Assembly: GCF_964355755.1 (NCBI RefSeq)
Contig: NC_092673.1
Location: forward strand, 32,919,648 to 32,983,647
DNA length: 64,000 bases
Direction of reading: 5' to 3'
Origin: Antedon mediterranea
Lineage: Eukaryota; Animalia; Echinodermata
Position numbers and translations under genes: made by a program. The notes beneath the pieces are model-generated. The model saw only the letters and a program-made list of their open reading frames with translations, made no database searches and was not told the DNA's origin. Positions 60,533 through 64,000 of the stretch are shown here, in pieces. Position 1 is the first letter of the stretch; the number at the start of each line of letters is the position of its first letter.

Positions 60533-60935
60533 ATTTCGCTGATTAAAACCAGAACAACAAACTCATTAGTTATCATTTTCGGTGAAAAGGTTGTCAAGAT
60601 GTTGATTGTAGGCCTATCGTTTGCCTTATTGTTTGTACAAAGCTTATTATTACATAGCGTGACTGAATGTTTGCTTAGTTTGTCAAGGTGTTGATTGTAT
60701 TGTTTTTACACATGTCGAAGGGATCACATTTTATAGCTTAGCGTGTCTGTTTGATTCTGATTTCGTTGATTAAAACTAGAACAAACTAATTAGTTATCAT
60801 TTTCGGTGAAAAGTTTGTAAAAATGTTGATTGTAGGCCTGTTGTTTGTGTACAAAGTTTAAAGGTTTCAAAATTATTACATAGCGTGACTAAAATGTTTA
60901 CTTCAACTTTAGTTTGACTGATTAGAACCAGGGAA
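60533..60935. repeat. Diverged tandem duplication, about 230-bp period
   Basis: ATTAGTTATCATTTTCGGTGAAAAG and TTATTACATAGCGTGACT each recur at about 225-bp spacing. Confidence 0.75.
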
Positions 60936-61110
60936 ACAAACTGATATTAAGTTTTCGGCAACTTTTGCATGCTTTGTAACATATTTTTCTTATAATTTTG
61001 GTTGCTTTGTTCGTCCAATGTACTCGACGATATTGCCATCGTCTTTACGTCGCAGATATTAAGATGTTGTTAATTAACGTTAAATTGCCATTAGTATCAT
61101 CATCACTTAA

Positions 61111-61350
61111 AGATATATTGTCCCCCTAAATAAAATATGCCATTTTAATGGCACGTAATAGTTATTGACCAAAGCTGGATCGAAAAAAAACATTATTTAA
61201 CTGAAAAAAATGTAATTCAAAGCAAAAAATGCTTAAATTGTCTGTCAGACAATGGTTTTTGGTTAACCGTTTTTGTCATTTTATACGTGAAATAATTATT
61301 TGTTTGCGGATTTGTTTTTACAGAAGTGAATAACTTAAAGAATGGCCTAA
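61111..61350. mobile_element. Truncated Kolobok-type element related to 50448-52893
   Basis: Left end TTAA|AGATATATTGTCCCCC and an inner GAAGTGAATAACTT. The right TIR is missing. Confidence 0.55.
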
Positions 61351-61373
61351 TTAAAGTCTGATTTTATAAATCT

Positions 61374-61600
61374 TTATTTACCTCCGCCAAGGAGGTATAT
61401 GTAGTCGATCGCGTGTGTCTGTGTGTCAGTTATTGCAAGATCTTTTTCAAAATGAAATACAGATAGATATTTGATCAAGGACCACACCATTAAGTTTTGG
61501 AGAAAATCCGGACATGGTACCAATTCTGGACCACTTTTTAGTATTATTTTCAAACCTGCTAGTATTAAAAGATAGGAGACAGTTTTCAAAAGCCGGCGAG
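61374..61600 (+). mobile_element. HINE/DINE-like element 5' part
   Basis: TTATTTACCTCCGCCAAGGAGGT hairpin head followed by a GTGTGTCTGTGTGTC microsatellite. Confidence 0.55.
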
Positions 61601-61607
61601 CAGTCTT

Positions 61608-62037
61608 AAAGTAAAGGTAAAGGTAAAGGTATTCATATTTGTCCTCAAGCTTAACTGGAAACTGAGGAAATTCGGATTAGGCCCTCCACAGACCCACGGC
61701 AGTCAGCAGTGCAGCGCCTACCAGATCAGCACACCGGGAGACGATCCCCTACTCTTTTAGAATAGTGTACCAAGTTCTTTAACGTGCACTGTTAAGTACA
61801 CGGGACCAACGGCTTTACATCCCATCCGAAGGATGCAATTAGCATGGTACAGATAACCTCGAACCCATGCCTATCACATGCTAGTCCGATATTAGCATTA
61901 CGCCATCACTCTCCAGTATATACAGCACCCGCCGAGATTTCTAGACGGTCTCCCATCCACAACGCAACCAGGCCCAACGTTGCTTAACTTCGGTGATCTG
62001 ACGAGAACCGGTGTTTCAACGCAGTATGACCGTATAT
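61608..62037 (-). mobile_element. Chimeric SINE: 5S rRNA head, tRNA-like segment, Deu/Nin-like core and (ACCTTT)n tail
   Basis: 5S-like region at about 61920-62037, A/B boxes TGGCGTAATG and GGGTTCGAG, core CCTTCGGATGGGATGTAAAGCCG...GCACGTTAAAGAAC...AAGAGTAGGG...CCCGGTGTGCTG, and a tandem tail at 61608-61630. Confidence 0.8.
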
Positions 62038-62339
62038 AAGTAACAAGGAAACTGAAATTGCATTTTCTTGAGAACTACTTGTCAAAAAAACTTTTATACA
62101 AGAGGCAAGAGTTATAATTTGTGATTTTTAGTTTTAAGACATAATTTGATTTAATGTACAGGATTTTTGATACGATTAGTTAAAAAAAACCTATTTCTTT
62201 TCAAATTCACCTGTTTGTTTTTGGCGTTGCTGTTTTATTGTTAGTCAACAATTGTTAGTTGAAAGGCTTGTTACATAACCATTACACCAAACTCACATAC
62301 ACTTGGCTGTAGTGAAATTAGCCTAAATCACACACAGCC

Positions 62340-63800
62340 TTAAGAAACATAGATGCATTCCCATTTAATCACATTATCGATGATGATGAATTCTTGCATG
62401 TCATTCACTATTACTTTTGTGACGATAGAATTGACTTTGATAGATTTAATTCTTTAATTTTTAACCTTTTTGATATTAGCCTAATTTTAAAGAAGTTATT
62501 AATGACAACGATGCCCAATTATTATCCGAAAATATTGACTCTTGTGCCTATGAATATATCGATAGTCTTAAAAACAAATATTCAACACAAGATTATTCAT
62601 TTAGTATCTTTCACTTAAACGCACGCAGTCTTGTTAAACATTTTAACGATATCAATGTATGCGTAGGTGCTATTAACCATGAATTCTCAGCACTATGCTT
62701 CACCGAAACTTTTTTAAATCATAACACGCCCTTTTCCTTTTATAATATTCCCAATTATAACCTCTTGCATGTTCCAAGAGCTGATAGACCAGGAGGAGGC
62801 GTTGCCATTTACCTACACCAGAGATTTAAATATATTCTTCGCCCTGATTTATCATTTATCATTACTAATGGTTCGGAATCTCTTTTCATTGAAATCGATG
62901 CACAACCCAAAAACATAATCCTTGTAGTAGTATCTCGTTTGCCTGAATTATCCATTAACACATTTAATAAAGATATCTCTAATTTAATTGACACCATTAA
63001 TAATGAGAAAAAACAGCATATATTTCAGGAGACTTTAATGTTAACTTGTTAAATTCTAAAACACACAAAGGAAATTCTGATTTTGATACTTTATTTCAAT
63101 CCAATTATTACCCTCTTATTACTAGGTCAACTAGAATTACGCGTAATTCTGCAACTTTAATCGACAATATTTTTTGTAATAATCTATACGATAACATTTC
63201 TTCCGGAATTCTATATTCGGACATTTCGGATCACTTTCCTGTTTTCTTGTTAATACATAAATCAGAACCTCTCCAACACCTGAAACCAAATTCAAAATAT
63301 ATATATACATAAAAAAGTCAATGATATTTCAATTTCTGCCTTAAGTAATTATTTGTCAATTGTTGACAAATATTTTTTTCTCTCATCCTAAATTAAATAC
63401 CTTGTTTAAAATTGTCAATGATGAGTTACTTACAGTTTCAAATTGGCTCAAGCACAATAAGTTTACTCTTAATACATTCAAAACGAACTATATAATATTT
63501 TCTAAACGTAACATTTCAGATTCTTTAAATGAACAAATATACATTGATAATAAAATCATCAAACGAGTTAATGAAACACAATTTTTAGGAGTAACCATAT
63601 GCCTAGATGACTCTCTGACTTGGAAACTGCATATAAATAAAATCAGTAATCTAGTTTCCAGAAATGTTGGAATATTGAACAAATTAAAACATATTTTCCC
63701 TCAAAAATCCTTATTAACCCTTTATAATACTTTAGTTTTGCCTTACCTTTCTTATGCCAATTTATGTTGGGCAATTACTCAAAAACACAAAATGGTGTCA
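62340..63800 (+). mobile_element. L2/CR1-group LINE ORF2 remnant (endonuclease plus post-RT part, RT core deleted)
   Basis: Motifs FHLNARSL, CFTETFL, GGGVAIY, ATLIDNIF and ISDHFPVF, then a jump to TNIFFSH...WLKHNKFTLN, FLGV..DDSLTWKLHI and LYNTLVLPYLSY. Confidence 0.82.
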
Positions 63801-64000
63801 GAATATGCTACATAATTTTTCGCCGATCTTTTATCATTATTTATTTGGTGGTGATACATGGCATTAAATCCTTCACCCTGGTATTCAATAATCTCCGCTA
63901 CATTGTATCGTTATACTTGTTATTAAAATACCATAAATACCATATTTAATTATATTTCATATTGTACTCTAATTGTTATCATTATCCCTTTTATCATTAT

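Noticed and set aside
61920-62037. Functional 5S rRNA gene
   Set aside because: The 3' half and termini are diverged, there is no T-run terminator, and it runs directly into a SINE body.

Overview
This is AT-rich animal genomic DNA, probably from a marine invertebrate, with no prokaryotic features. About the first 22 kb is a stack of nested retroelements. An L2/CR1-type LINE (minus strand, about 584-21980) hosts a full-length L1/Tx1-type LINE, which itself hosts a second L1/Tx1 copy. The same L2/CR1 element also hosts a Ty3/Gypsy LTR retrotransposon (11019-20828, 298-bp LTRs identical by eye), which hosts a third L1/Tx1 copy. The most notable element is this Gypsy: its integrase ends in a PHF8/BPTF-like PHD finger with a predicted H3K4me3 aromatic cage instead of a chromodomain, its Gag starts with a ComEA-like helix-hairpin-helix, and there is a clear -1 frameshift signal between gag and pol. 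All three diverged L1/Tx1 copies share a covarying 3' hairpin followed by AAAGAG-poly(A). The only host genes seen are an intact single-exon very large inducible GTPase (VLIG/GVIN1-like, about 1572 aa, 40434-45152) and a frameshifted, truncated paralogue (21984-23397). The rest holds a CR1-type LINE split by an intron-containing Academ transposon, a hAT derivative with a 5-bp TSD, Kolobok, MULE, MITE and Helentron-associated non-autonomous elements, two tRNA-Val(AAC)-like copies, repeats carrying NF-kB-like sites, and a chimeric 5S+tRNA+Deu-domain SINE. All family assignments come from motif recognition by eye; no searches were run.
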